In this document: positions 10,476 through 20,518 of the stretch, piece by piece
How positions within the stretch are numbered: position 1 is the first letter of the stretch
Layout: each line of letters opens with the position of its first letter
Origin: Lachnoclostridium sp.
GTDB taxonomy: Bacteria > Bacillota > Clostridia > Lachnospirales > Lachnospiraceae
Assembly (NCBI RefSeq): GCF_031984325.1
Contig: NZ_DALZAJ010000002.1
DNA: 58,561 nucleotides
Strand: one strand, 5' to 3'
Notes under the pieces: generated by a model
Told to the model about the DNA's origin: nothing
What the model saw: only the letters and a program-made list of their open reading frames with translations
The model's database searches: none
Position numbers and translations under genes: made by a program

Positions 10476-11522
10476 CTATTCCTCTGCGTATGTCGCAATC
10501 ACAGTTTTTATAATAACTAAGCTAAGCGGCCCTAGAAAAAAGCCAATCACTCCAAAAAGCTGTACCCCCACATACATTGCTATCATACTATAGATGGGTT
10601 TAACCCCGATTTTATCTCCTAATAACTTTGGTTCCAATATCTCACGCACGATCTGGCATAATAGGAATATGCTCATGATAACAGCTGCGTCAATAAATTT
10701 TTTTTGTATCAACATAACGATAGACCAAGGAATTAAGATAAGTCCGCTGCCTAGTACCGGAAAACCATCGAAGATACCAACTGCTATACCAATTAATAAA
10801 GCATACGGGTTCTTCAGTATGAAAAAACCTACTGCATTTATTCCAGCTATAATTGACATTAAAATAATTTGTGTTTTCATATAAGCAATTCCAGTGTCCG
10901 ATAGCTTTTGTGTAATTTTATGAACCGCAGGGTAAAATTCTGATTTTCGAAGCCCTGCCTTATATTCCTCCATATCCTTAATAATTAAAATTGTAGCCAC
11001 TAAAATAATAAGGAAAATTGCAAGAAACTCTGCTAAACCAATGGCAATTCTTATTGTTTGAATCGTCATCTTAGGTAATATATTCACTTGAACATACTTT
11101 ATCAGCGTTTCCATTCCATCATTGACTACTAATTTTAATGAGCCATCCTTAAAACCAAATAGCTTATCCCCCGTAACACAAAAAATCTCCACCTGTTGCG
11201 TAAAATATTGCTGGTAAATCGGAATATTTCGTAAAAATAATAGAACTTGGTTGAATAAAATTCTTCCAAGATAACATAATATTACTGAAATTACTAGTAA
11301 TAACAAAAGAACACCAAAACCTCCACCAACCACAAGAGGAATCTTTAATTTTCGATGTAGAAAGCCTACCACTGGTCGTAACAGCCAAGCGATAAAGTAG
11401 GCAAATAAAAATGGAACAAACAGCGGTAGTAGGTATTTTAAACCTACATACACAGCAATGATTGTCCCAAAAGTAAGAAGTAACTTTCTTTTATTTTTTG
11501 ATAGTTTCACTCTCTTCTCCAA
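10476..11522 (-). CDS. ytvI: Sporulation integral membrane protein YtvI (AI-2E family)
   Basis: PFLFAYFIAWLLRP, DGFPVLGSG, EILEPKLLG, GVIGFFLGP; probable TTG start after GAGGTG. Confidence 0.85.
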   Translation of the reverse strand: MEKRVKLSKNKRKLLLTFGTIIAVYVGLKYLLPLFVPFLFAYFIAWLLRPVVGFLHRKLKIPLVVGGGFGVLLLLLVISVILCYLGRILFNQVLLFLRNIPIYQQYFTQQVEIFCVTGDKLFGFKDGSLKLVVNDGMETLIKYVQVNILPKMTIQTIRIAIGLAEFLAIFLIILVATILIIKDMEEYKAGLRKSEFYPAVHKITQKLSDTGIAYMKTQIILMSIIAGINAVGFFILKNPYALLIGIAVGIFDGFPVLGSGLILIPWSIVMLIQKKFIDAAVIMSIFLLCQIVREILEPKLLGDKIGVKPIYSMIAMYVGVQLFGVIGFFLGPLSLVIIKTVIATYAEE

Positions 11523-11755
11523 ACAATCACCTCGCATTAATCCTTAGCTGATTCTGATACTATTGTCTGTAGAAGCTTCTTATCTATGCCAAAAAATATC
11601 ATGTAACATATCCCATCCTTTAGAATACTTAATATCTCTGGCTTTTCAGTTTTTGTTAGTTTCTGTTAAGCATTCTGCCTAATAATGTTATGGAAGTACA
11701 CCCAAAACTAGGTTAGTATTTTACAAAATTAATCCTAATAAAATAAATTATATCT

Positions 11756-12514
11756 TTAATATAAAGTAACCGAAACAAAAGGAATTCCTTTTTCTGCTGC
11801 TTGCTTTACAAGTTCCATTCCACGAATTACCTTATAATCGTCTTCTGTTTTTTCAATAACGATATCACCTTCTAAATAAAGCTTCTCTGGATCTGCAGAC
11901 ATTGTAGCATCCTCTATCCCAAGACGCTTTGGAGACATTAAAATCTTTGTTTCTTTCTTTTCGCCATTTTCCTTGTACTTTTGAGCTTCTTCTAAAATAA
12001 CCTTGGATAGAACTTTTGGTGTACAGTACGTACTGTCTAAAATCAAATTATAATTTAAGAAATTAAAATAATCCAAATTATAAATATCTTTATAACGAAT
12101 ATCCTCTGTTTGAGCACGAAGTTTTAATTGCTGTTTCGCATCTTCTACGCTTGAATATTTTTCAACATTACCACGATTATCCCCATAAACGCGGTCAGCC
12201 GCAACATTAAGACTAACGGATAGAAAAACTTTGTATGATGTTTCAACAAAGTTCCATGCCAATCTGGAATCAAATACAATCGCCTTATCCGGATTCTCAC
12301 GACTAATTTTTGCAGTAGTATCATCAATCATATTATCATACTTGTGGTCCTTGCACATGAGTTGGTTCATCTCAAGTACACTGATTCCTAAATCTTCTGC
12401 CAGCTTACGCTGTACCTTACCCGTAGAATAAATTTCATAATGATGTTCCGTTTCTAAAATCTTGCAAATCGTAGATTTCCCGCTTCCGAGATTTCCGGTT
12501 AACGTGATATGCAT
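11756..12514 (-). CDS. Cytidylate kinase-like protein (archaeal-type NMP kinase) with C-terminal extension
   Basis: ITLTGNLGSGKST P-loop, FDSRLAW, RYKDIYNLD, YNLILDST. Confidence 0.8.
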   Translation of the reverse strand: MHITLTGNLGSGKSTICKILETEHHYEIYSTGKVQRKLAEDLGISVLEMNQLMCKDHKYDNMIDDTTAKISRENPDKAIVFDSRLAWNFVETSYKVFLSVSLNVAADRVYGDNRGNVEKYSSVEDAKQQLKLRAQTEDIRYKDIYNLDYFNFLNYNLILDSTYCTPKVLSKVILEEAQKYKENGEKKETKILMSPKRLGIEDATMSADPEKLYLEGDIVIEKTEDDYKVIRGMELVKQAAEKGIPFVSVTLY

Positions 12515-12708
12515 TTGTTTTTCCTCCTATTTAAAAGCACCTAATTCTTTAAGCTTAATATTTTCTTCCTATCATAGCATGTCTTATTTCATCTTGGAAG
12601 AGTATTTTTTAGGAATTTAGCACCTTTTCCCCACATACTACTTCCAAAACCATCATTTCCTCTTATATTTTATCCAATTAACGTATCATAATACCTTAAA
12701 TGATGCAA

Positions 12709-12737
12709 ACAGGAAGCCAGATTTACTGGCTTCCTGT
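12709..12737. terminator. Terminator-like hairpin
   Basis: ACAGGAAGCCAG-attta-CTGGCTTCCTGT. Confidence 0.65.
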
Positions 12738-12841
12738 GTATTAAATTTATTTCCGCATCATTATTTTATATACCATATGCAGTTTTAGTATCATTACCTA
12801 TAAGATATAGTTCAAATAATCTTTCTCTTATATCATATATC

Positions 12842-13636
12842 TTATTCAATCACAATACTATCAAATATTTTATTTATCATTTTTAAATTTTCTTTTGATA
12901 CGGCGGTACCTGCTAATTGCATAACAGTTCCATCTTTTTCAAAATACATCATAGATTGATATACAGTAGCTGTATCGTTTACATTCGTACCAGTTGGAAG
13001 GTTTGCTACAATATCAAAAGTGAAATAATCCATGCCATCCTTGGTTGTCTTTACGGGCTCTGTGATGTCACAAGTGGCGCCCATGTTCTTATACTGGTTC
13101 TTTGTAGCAGTACCAAATTCTCCAACCATAGACTCTAAACTAAGTCCACCAAGTAATTCAGAAGGTATTGTTTGTACAATAAAGTTATCGGTAGCACCAT
13201 TTTTCTGTATCTCAGAATTTGTTGCCATGAACAAATAGCTCAGCCCTTGTGCTTCAATCGCTGTCTTAAGTGCTTCCCCACTCTCATAGGCATTTCCCAT
13301 AGTGGCATTTAGATAATCATAGGTTCCTCCTTGCTCTAGGACAACCCACTTTTCTGGCATTGTTATAGAAAATCCGTAACCTTCACTCTTATAAGTTGTT
13401 CCGTCAATAGTTGCCTTTGGGTCAACTAACGTTATTGGTGTTACAGTAGGAGTCGCCACAGTTTCTGTAGGTATTGGTGTAGGTTCCACTGTAGGTGTCG
13501 CCTCTGCCTGATTTGTAGGCTCTGCAGTTACTGCTGGAGTTAAAATATCATTCTCTTTATTACCACAAGCAGCAAGTAAAATTGTTGACAATGTTACTAT
13601 CATTAAAATCTTTAAAACTCTTTTATTAAGCTTCAT
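12842..13636 (-). CDS. Lipoprotein with Pro/Thr-rich linker, unknown function
   Basis: Lipobox LAAC; PT-rich linker; globular C-domain starting YKSEGYGFSITMPEKW (PsbP/DcrB-like by eye). Confidence 0.8.
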   Translation of the reverse strand: MKLNKRVLKILMIVTLSTILLAACGNKENDILTPAVTAEPTNQAEATPTVEPTPIPTETVATPTVTPITLVDPKATIDGTTYKSEGYGFSITMPEKWVVLEQGGTYDYLNATMGNAYESGEALKTAIEAQGLSYLFMATNSEIQKNGATDNFIVQTIPSELLGGLSLESMVGEFGTATKNQYKNMGATCDITEPVKTTKDGMDYFTFDIVANLPTGTNVNDTATVYQSMMYFEKDGTVMQLAGTAVSKENLKMINKIFDSIVIE

Positions 13637-13771
13637 AATCTCTCCCTTTCCTATATTCCCATGTTATTCCATGAAGGCTTAAATTTTATTTTAGAAAAAT
13701 TATCCTATTATAGCAAACATTATTTACAATTTATATCCTATTTTATGATACTGCTAGTTATCTCAAAGAAT

Positions 13772-14356
13772 TTATGAAAGAAATAATAATTTTGCATGTA
13801 GCGCTTCCAAATCCGACTTATCATGTGTCACAAGGATGACTGTCCTTCCAGATAATGATTCTTTAAGATACGATATTACTTGTTCTTTTAAGATTTCATC
13901 CAGCCCTTTCAAAGGTTCATCCAGAATAATCACATCGCTCTTTCGCATTACTGCTCTAACAATGGCTACCCTACGTTTCATACCGCCGCTTAATTTACTT
14001 ACAGATTTCCCTTTATAGTCAGTAAGATGAACCTTTGAAAACTCTTTCTCCACTTGTTCTGTACCTATATCAGTTGGTAACACCATCTTTACATTTGTGA
14101 TTGCATCAAACCCCTCGCATAAACGGTCTTCTTGGAACACAGCAGAAAACTTTTTATTCTCCAATCCAACTACCTTTCCCGTAGATGGTTTTAATAATCC
14201 CAATAGTACTTTCGCAAATGTTGTTTTTCCAATACCAGAAGCCCCCATGATACCGATAACTTCCCCTTGCTTTATCGTAAGATTTAAATCCTTTAGAACC
14301 TGTTTTTCACCAAAATTTACAGAGACATTCTCAAAGATAATTTCATTCCTACTCAT
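13772..14356 (-). CDS. ABC transporter ATP-binding protein (NitT/TauT type)
   Basis: GASGIGKT, VFQEDRL, LSGGMKRRV, ILDEP, VTH; ATG 14356 after GGAGG. Confidence 0.92.
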   Translation of the reverse strand: MSRNEIIFENVSVNFGEKQVLKDLNLTIKQGEVIGIMGASGIGKTTFAKVLLGLLKPSTGKVVGLENKKFSAVFQEDRLCEGFDAITNVKMVLPTDIGTEQVEKEFSKVHLTDYKGKSVSKLSGGMKRRVAIVRAVMRKSDVIILDEPLKGLDEILKEQVISYLKESLSGRTVILVTHDKSDLEALHAKLLFLS

Positions 14357-14440
14357 CTTATCCTCCAATAAGGTGCTTTAACACCTTTCATATTAGTAGT
14401 AAGGTTGTACACCGCCCATAATATCATTGCACTTCTACCC

Positions 14441-15220
14441 CTATTTCTCCAACAATTCTTTGGTTAAAGCATGGTTTAATTTTTTTATAAGTAAAAGAAT
14501 AAGCTTTTCAAATACTACACTAATTCCTATAATCACAACAGTCCAAGCAAACATCTCTTTTGTCATAAGATATAATTTGGCCTCATATAATTGCTCTCCA
14601 ATTGAGTTTTTGGGTAAGCCAATTACCTCCGCAGCAATCCCTGATTTCCAACAAAAGCCCAAACCTACTGAACAAGCAGAGACAAAATATGGCATCACAG
14701 CTGGAAGATAGATAAATTTTAGTTTTCTAAATCCACTCATATGAAAAACTTCTGCCATTTCAAGTAATTCTTGATCAGCTGATTCTACCCCTTTTAACAC
14801 ATTCGTATAGATAATAGGAAGAACCATCAGAAAAGAAATTAGTATCGATAGGTTTCGAGCCCTCACCCATAAAAGTGCTAAAATTACAAAAGAGGCAACT
14901 GGAATGGATTTAATCACTCTCATCGCAACCGTAAAAAATTCTTTTAAAAATACATTATGATAAGCTCCAAGTGATAATAATACACCGGTTACTACCGCTA
15001 AAATAAATCCTAGACTTATTTTTAGAAAAGAAGACGAGATGCTAAACCAAAAACTTTTTTCAAAGATTAATTTCGCTATCGTAGTCACTACTTGTATTGG
15101 GGAAGCAATTAATATATTACTATTTATCACTATGCTTGCTACTTGCCACAATATCAACCATAAAGCGATTGCAAGCAAACTTACATATCTTTTATGTACA
15201 TCCTTTTTTAAGTGTTTCAT
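14441..15220 (-). CDS. ABC transporter permease (NitT/TauT type)
   Basis: Multiple TM segments; SIPVASF, EAA-like loop ELLEMAEVF, CWKSGIAAEVIG. Confidence 0.9.
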   Translation of the reverse strand: MKHLKKDVHKRYVSLLAIALWLILWQVASIVINSNILIASPIQVVTTIAKLIFEKSFWFSISSSFLKISLGFILAVVTGVLLSLGAYHNVFLKEFFTVAMRVIKSIPVASFVILALLWVRARNLSILISFLMVLPIIYTNVLKGVESADQELLEMAEVFHMSGFRKLKFIYLPAVMPYFVSACSVGLGFCWKSGIAAEVIGLPKNSIGEQLYEAKLYLMTKEMFAWTVVIIGISVVFEKLILLLIKKLNHALTKELLEK

Positions 15221-15439
15221 CTATACCCTCATTTCTGCGTCAGCTTTTCGTCTTGCCTGTATGACAATGCGTACTGTAAATTCAATTTAGTAAAAATAGC
15301 ATACTGTACATCAATATAGTAAACTCCTGTCATATAAAGCCTACTGTAACATCATCACACTTCCATTATATAAATTAGCCATACTGTCAAGTTCTATCAT
15401 ATACCATGATACTTCCCCTTGACAAGTATGGCTATCCAC

Positions 15440-16213
15440 TTACTCACAAATTGAGTTCTTTAATACTTTGATAAAATCAATTACTGGCTGAACACACTGC
15501 TTCTGATGCTTTGCTATAATATTTACAATTGCACTACCGACAATCACACCATCCGATATCTCTGCCATCTCTCTTGCTTGTTCTGGTGTAGAAATTCCAA
15601 ATCCAACTACACAAGGAATATCGGCTACTTTCCTCGCCTCTTCTATCATACAATTCACCTGGCTTCCTATCTCTGTTCTTTCTCCGGTTATCCCAAGAGA
15701 AGAAACACAGTATAAGAAACCTTCTGCTTCCTTTGCAATGGTTTGAATTCTTTCTTTGGAGGTTAGCGCTATCATGGAAATCAATGTAATACCATGCAAT
15801 TTACAAAGAGGAAGTAGTTCTTCCTTTTCTTCATAAGGAAGGTCTGGTACAATTACTCCATCGATTCCAGCCTCCTTGCAACGCTTCAAAAATCGGTCTG
15901 CACCATAGGTATAGATTGGGTTTATATAAGTCATAAATACTAGAGGTACCAAAACCTGGCTTCTTACCCTTTCTACCATATCAAACAGTAGGTCTGTGGT
16001 TGTTCCCGCCTTTAATGCTCTTTCATTTGCCTCCTGTATAATAGGTCCCTCTGCAATCGGATCAGAAAATGGGATCCCTATCTCAATTAGATCTGCTCCA
16101 CCCATAGCCATCTGAATTATTAATTCTTCTGTAACTTCAATTCCTGGATCTCCACCTGTAATAAAGGTAATGAGTGCTTTTCCCTTCGTAAATGCTTGTT
16201 CTATCCTAGTCAT
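15440..16213 (-). CDS. trpA: Tryptophan synthase alpha chain
   Basis: [32 protein letters not shown]; overlaps the trpB stop. Confidence 0.96.
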   Translation of the reverse strand: MTRIEQAFTKGKALITFITGGDPGIEVTEELIIQMAMGGADLIEIGIPFSDPIAEGPIIQEANERALKAGTTTDLLFDMVERVRSQVLVPLVFMTYINPIYTYGADRFLKRCKEAGIDGVIVPDLPYEEKEELLPLCKLHGITLISMIALTSKERIQTIAKEAEGFLYCVSSLGITGERTEIGSQVNCMIEEARKVADIPCVVGFGISTPEQAREMAEISDGVIVGSAIVNIIAKHQKQCVQPVIDFIKVLKNSICE

Positions 16214-17390
16214 ATAACTTCACCCCCCTGTATCTAGCAATCGCAGCGACATCCTTATCTCCACGTCCAGAGATATTTACCACAAGAATACTATCTTTTC
16301 TCATCGTCGGTGCTAACTTCTTTGCATATGCAACTGCATGAGCACTTTCTATTGCAGGTATAATCCCTTCTGTCCTTGAGAGATATTCAAATGCCTCCAC
16401 CGCTTCATCATCCGTAACTGGTACATAGGTTGCTCGTTTAATATCATGTAACATTGCATGCTCCGGTCCAATTCCAGGGTAATCAAGTCCAGCAGAAATA
16501 GAGTAAACAGGAGCAATCTGACCATATTCATCCTGACAAAAGTAGGATTTCATTCCATGGAAAATACCTTCTGTTCCATTTGCGATGGTTGCTGCATTTT
16601 TAGGATGATCCACACCAAGCCCTGCTGCTTCACAACCGTATAAAGCTACACTAGGGTCATTCAAGAATTCATAAAATGCTCCCATAGCATTACTCCCTCC
16701 ACCAACACAGGCTACGATTGCATCCGGTAGCCTACCTTCTCTTTCCTGTAGTTGTTCTTTGATTTCCTTACCGATCACCTTCTGAAAATCTCGAACAATC
16801 GTTGGAAATGGATGAGGTCCCATAACAGAACCTAACACATAATGGGTGTCCTCTACTCTCTTCGTCCACTCACCCATTGTTTCGTTTACCGCATCCTTAA
16901 GGGTCATAGTTCCTGAGGTTACTGGATGCACCTTAGCACCTAGCAACTCCATTCGATAGACATTAAGTGCTTGTCTGTCTGTATCCTCTTTTCCCATAAA
17001 GATTTCACATTCCAGTCCCATAAGTGCCGCAGCTGTTGCTGTTGCCACACCATGTTGACCAGCTCCTGTTTCTGCTATGACACGTGTCTTACCCATTTTT
17101 TTAGCTAATAATACCTGACCTAGTACATTATTAATCTTGTGAGATCCTGTATGATTTAGATCCTCTCGCTTTAAGTAAATTTTCGCCCCTGAAAGATCCT
17201 CGGTCATTTTCTTAGCGAAATATAACAATGATGGTCTTCCTGCATATTCGCGGTATAAGGTATCAAGTTCCTTACAAAAATCAGGATCCTTTTTATAATG
17301 CTCATATGCTTTTTCTACCTCTAAAACCGCTTTCATTAAGGTCTCCGGTACATATTGACCGCCATATTGAAGAAATCTTCCTTCTTTCAT
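16206..17390 (-). CDS. trpB: Tryptophan synthase beta chain
   Basis: [15 protein letters not shown] (PLP Lys), [32 protein letters not shown] 17390 after GGAGG. Confidence 0.97.
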   Translation of the reverse strand: MKEGRFLQYGGQYVPETLMKAVLEVEKAYEHYKKDPDFCKELDTLYREYAGRPSLLYFAKKMTEDLSGAKIYLKREDLNHTGSHKINNVLGQVLLAKKMGKTRVIAETGAGQHGVATATAAALMGLECEIFMGKEDTDRQALNVYRMELLGAKVHPVTSGTMTLKDAVNETMGEWTKRVEDTHYVLGSVMGPHPFPTIVRDFQKVIGKEIKEQLQEREGRLPDAIVACVGGGSNAMGAFYEFLNDPSVALYGCEAAGLGVDHPKNAATIANGTEGIFHGMKSYFCQDEYGQIAPVYSISAGLDYPGIGPEHAMLHDIKRATYVPVTDDEAVEAFEYLSRTEGIIPAIESAHAVAYAKKLAPTMRKDSILVVNISGRGDKDVAAIARYRGVKLYD

Positions 17391-17413
17391 ATTTTCCTCC
17401 ATTCTCGCGTACA

Positions 17414-17466
17414 CTTTTTATATTCACAAAGTGATTTATTGCTTTTTATATTCATAAAGTGACTTA
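17414..17466. repeat. 28-bp-period direct repeat (2 copies) upstream of trpB
   Basis: CTTTTTATATTCA(C/T)AAAGTGA(T/C)TTA at 17414 and 17442. Confidence 0.75.
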
Positions 17467-17488
17467 CCACTCTAGGCCTAAGCCTACT

Positions 17489-17538
17489 CTTGAATGCGAA
17501 GACACTTTATAACAACTACCCACAGGTGAATGCACATC
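17489..17538. repeat. Short dispersed intergenic repeat, copy A
   Basis: CTTG..GCGAAGACACTTT...CCCACAGGTGAATGCACATC matches 32898-32939. Confidence 0.6.
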
Positions 17539-17566
17539 TTTTCCCTTTTAATTTCTGCATAGAAGC

Positions 17567-17806
17567 CTAACTTATTTTTGAAGCAGCAAGCAGAAACTCT
17601 CTTTTTTTTTCTTCATCCTTTTGTCCCATACTTTCTACTCCACTGCTTACATCAACTCCGTAAGGTCTTAGCCTACTATCCAAAAGGCTTACACTTTGCG
17701 CTGTTAATCCTCCTGCTATAAAATAAGGCTTTTTATAATCCGGAGGGTACTTATTCACAATTTCAACCTCGCGAGGAGACTTTAATCCACAAATCTTTGT
17801 TTTCAT
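17567..17806 (-). pseudogene. trpF: Phosphoribosylanthranilate isomerase with large in-frame internal deletion
   Basis: N-terminal KICGL..PDY joined directly to C-terminal KPYFIAGGL..GVDVSSGVE; 79 aa versus ~200 aa typical. Confidence 0.88.
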
Positions 17807-18046
17807 TCACATCATCCTTACCTCATTTCTGCACACGCATCTAATATTTTAAAAACAAAAAATCAGTATCCAAGGTATAGAAGAGAATACTTTTATCTTT
17901 AGGGTGAAGATACTTTGCCTAGGCAAAAACGCTTGCAAAACCCATAAGATAAATGAGTATCCCTTAGAGAGTTTAAAATTCGTGACATGGAGAAGTTTAA
18001 GGCTTACTTTTCTTATTTATAGGTAATTGTAGAGTTAATTCCTTAA

Positions 18047-18326
18047 AACAAAAAAAGCTTCTGCCCCTAGACTAAGGGACAAAAGCTTAATACTTCTGCG
18101 ATACCACCCAATTTGGTGCAATGCACCCACTCTCTTTGTATACCATCATATACACCCTACTGATAACGGACAGGGTCCCCGTTGGCGTCTACTTCCTTAT
18201 GGTTTCAAGCCACCCTCACAAGTCCATTCACTAAATTCTACGAGGATACCCTCTGTCTTACCGTATCACACCAACCACGGCTCTCTGTAAAGACTTCCTC
18301 TAGCTACTTCTCTTGCTCATCGGTTT
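18047..18326 (-). promoter_or_regulatory. T-box riboswitch (Trp, UGG specifier)
   Basis: GAATGGACTT specifier (UGG at 18226-18224), GGGTGGTATCGC T-box, terminator with T tract. Confidence 0.92.
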
Positions 18327-18361
18327 TTTTCTATTTTTGGATTACTGATTAAATTGGGTAA

Positions 18362-18390
18362 AGTATATTCTTAAATACCCCAATTGTCAA
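18362..18390 (-). promoter_or_regulatory. sigmaA promoter of the trp leader
   Basis: TTGACA-17 nt-TATACT. Confidence 0.8.
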
Positions 18391-18467
18391 GTAAATGTTT
18401 TTATATTCCTATATTACAGCACAAGCAAAAAAATAAAGCTTCGCAACATTGTCTTTGCTAGTGTGGT

Positions 18468-18953
18468 TTACGCCTTAAATCCACGATGGATATCACTTGG
18501 GTTTAAACTTGATTCATTTAAAGTTCCCCTACCATAAGTTAACCCTGCATAAATCTGCTGTGTATTTTGCATCATTGGTCCTGAGTTATCTTGTTTACTA
18601 ACTTCTAAAAAACCAACTCTTAAGTCATTTATTAGATCAAGTATCTCTGGAAAGTCTTGATTACTTCGTGACATTTGGGCACAAACCAGCTTTTTATTTA
18701 AGTAAGAATATAGACTTAGTAAATCGTATGCTAATGGATAACGATAGTCTAAGGCACCCATGAGTTGATTTATAACACGACTTGCATGTCTTAATTCTTT
18801 TTCGTATATTTTATAATCCTTCGCGTTAATTGCATCTGTCGCACTTTCTAAGTCTGCCTCTAAAATGTCATAGAGAATAACAATTAGTTGGCTTTGGTTT
18901 GCTTGTGTGACTCTAACGGCGAACTCTCGCAATCGATCCTTATTCATTGCCAC
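18468..18953 (-). CDS. fliS: FliS-like flagellin chaperone
   Basis: QLIVILYD, INQLMGALD, LLSLYSY helical FliS pattern; directly downstream of flagellin. Confidence 0.8.
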   Translation of the reverse strand: MAMNKDRLREFAVRVTQANQSQLIVILYDILEADLESATDAINAKDYKIYEKELRHASRVINQLMGALDYRYPLAYDLLSLYSYLNKKLVCAQMSRSNQDFPEILDLINDLRVGFLEVSKQDNSGPMMQNTQQIYAGLTYGRGTLNESSLNPSDIHRGFKA

Positions 18954-18998
18954 TCCAATCTTGGTTTCCCATTATTACTGCATATTGATTTTAAAGTA

Positions 18999-20498
18999 TT
19001 AGCCTTGTAATAAGGATAGGATATTTTGTGGTCTCTCATTTGCTTGTGCTAACATAGCAGTACCTGCTTGTACTAACACGTTTTTCTGAGTAAATATCGA
19101 CATTTCTTTTGCCATATCAGTATCTTCGATACGAGATAAAGCCTCTGTAATATTTTCAGCTCCAACATCAAGGTTTGCAATCGCATGCTCCAAACGATTT
19201 TGATAAGCACCAAGCTTAGCACGAATATCAGTTACCATAGTAATCGCTTTATCTAGAATCGAAATTGCACTAGAAGCCCCATCCTGAGTACAAACATTTA
19301 CAATATTCGTTCCAAGAGTATAAGTATCTACACGAGGAATACGTACTTCCATCGTTTGTCCTTCATTAGCACCAATCTGAAGATCCATAGGTCCAGCCTG
19401 TAAAACAGTAATACATACATTATCAGAACCAGCACCATCTGTTATACTTGCCCCATCATTATTTACCGTTTGATCAGTAAATGTAGTTTTAGCAGCTCCA
19501 GGAGTAGCCTTAAATTTGATTTCAAAGCCGTCACCGTCTGTTACCGTAATAATGTTACCACTACAAGAAGCTGTAGCAGTGGACGAAAAACCATTTCCTA
19601 ACGTCGCTTTTGCATCTACACCAACAGCTTTAGCACCACCACTGCTAATACCAAATAGGCCACTAAGTTTATCGTTATCACAATGCATCTCAATCGTCTG
19701 ATTGGAACCATATTCTTTTGTCATAAATACAAGTGATCCATTGTCAATCGGTCCACTCTCATAACCAGCAAAGTCTGGGTCCCCTGATGTACCAATTTGA
19801 GCAAATACCTTAATATTCATTGTATCACAGGCTTCACGAAGCTTTTCAAATACCTGCTCCATGGTATCACCAGCGTTAATTTTTATTTCTGTACCATTAA
19901 TATTAATAATACCAGCCTGATCATCAGCAATTTGATCAGAAAGTCCACCTAATTGCATTCCTGTCATAACGGCTTGTCTTGCATCTTGATTTATAATAAA
20001 ATTATAGTCTTTTGCATCTACGTTATCGGATAGAGAAATCATTTCCACATCAGAGGTATTGGAATAGCTCTGGCAATCTAAATTTCCATTTAATAAAGGT
20101 TTTGTATTGAACTCAGTGTCTGTTGAAATACGAGTAATTTCGTTGTTTAACTGGTTAATTTCTTTTTGAATTGCCAAGCGATCTTCTGCAGTGTTGGTAC
20201 CATTTGCAGCTTGCACTGAAAGTTCTCTCATTCGCTGTAACATTGCATTAACCTCATTTAATGCACCCTCTGCTGTCTGAATAACTGACACACCGTCAGA
20301 AGCATTTCTTGAAGATTGCTCTAACCCTTCAATCTGTGTTTTCATTTTTCTTGAGATAGCAAGTCCTGCTGCATCATCGGCAGCACGATTAATTCGGTAT
20401 CCGCTACTTAATCTCTCTAAACTCTTATCTAATGCATTATTATTAATTTTTAATTGATTATTACCGCGAAGTGCTGAAATATTATGATTTATTCTCAT
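18999..20498 (-). CDS. fliC: Flagellin
   Basis: MRINHNISA..LERLSSGYRINRAADDAAG N-terminus; LQIGANEGQ; RAKLGAYQNRLEH..LAQANERPQNILSLLQ C-terminus. Confidence 0.96.
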   Translation of the reverse strand: MRINHNISALRGNNQLKINNNALDKSLERLSSGYRINRAADDAAGLAISRKMKTQIEGLEQSSRNASDGVSVIQTAEGALNEVNAMLQRMRELSVQAANGTNTAEDRLAIQKEINQLNNEITRISTDTEFNTKPLLNGNLDCQSYSNTSDVEMISLSDNVDAKDYNFIINQDARQAVMTGMQLGGLSDQIADDQAGIININGTEIKINAGDTMEQVFEKLREACDTMNIKVFAQIGTSGDPDFAGYESGPIDNGSLVFMTKEYGSNQTIEMHCDNDKLSGLFGISSGGAKAVGVDAKATLGNGFSSTATASCSGNIITVTDGDGFEIKFKATPGAAKTTFTDQTVNNDGASITDGAGSDNVCITVLQAGPMDLQIGANEGQTMEVRIPRVDTYTLGTNIVNVCTQDGASSAISILDKAITMVTDIRAKLGAYQNRLEHAIANLDVGAENITEALSRIEDTDMAKEMSIFTQKNVLVQAGTAMLAQANERPQNILSLLQG

Positions 20499-20518
20499 CT
20501 CTTTACCTGCATCCTTTC

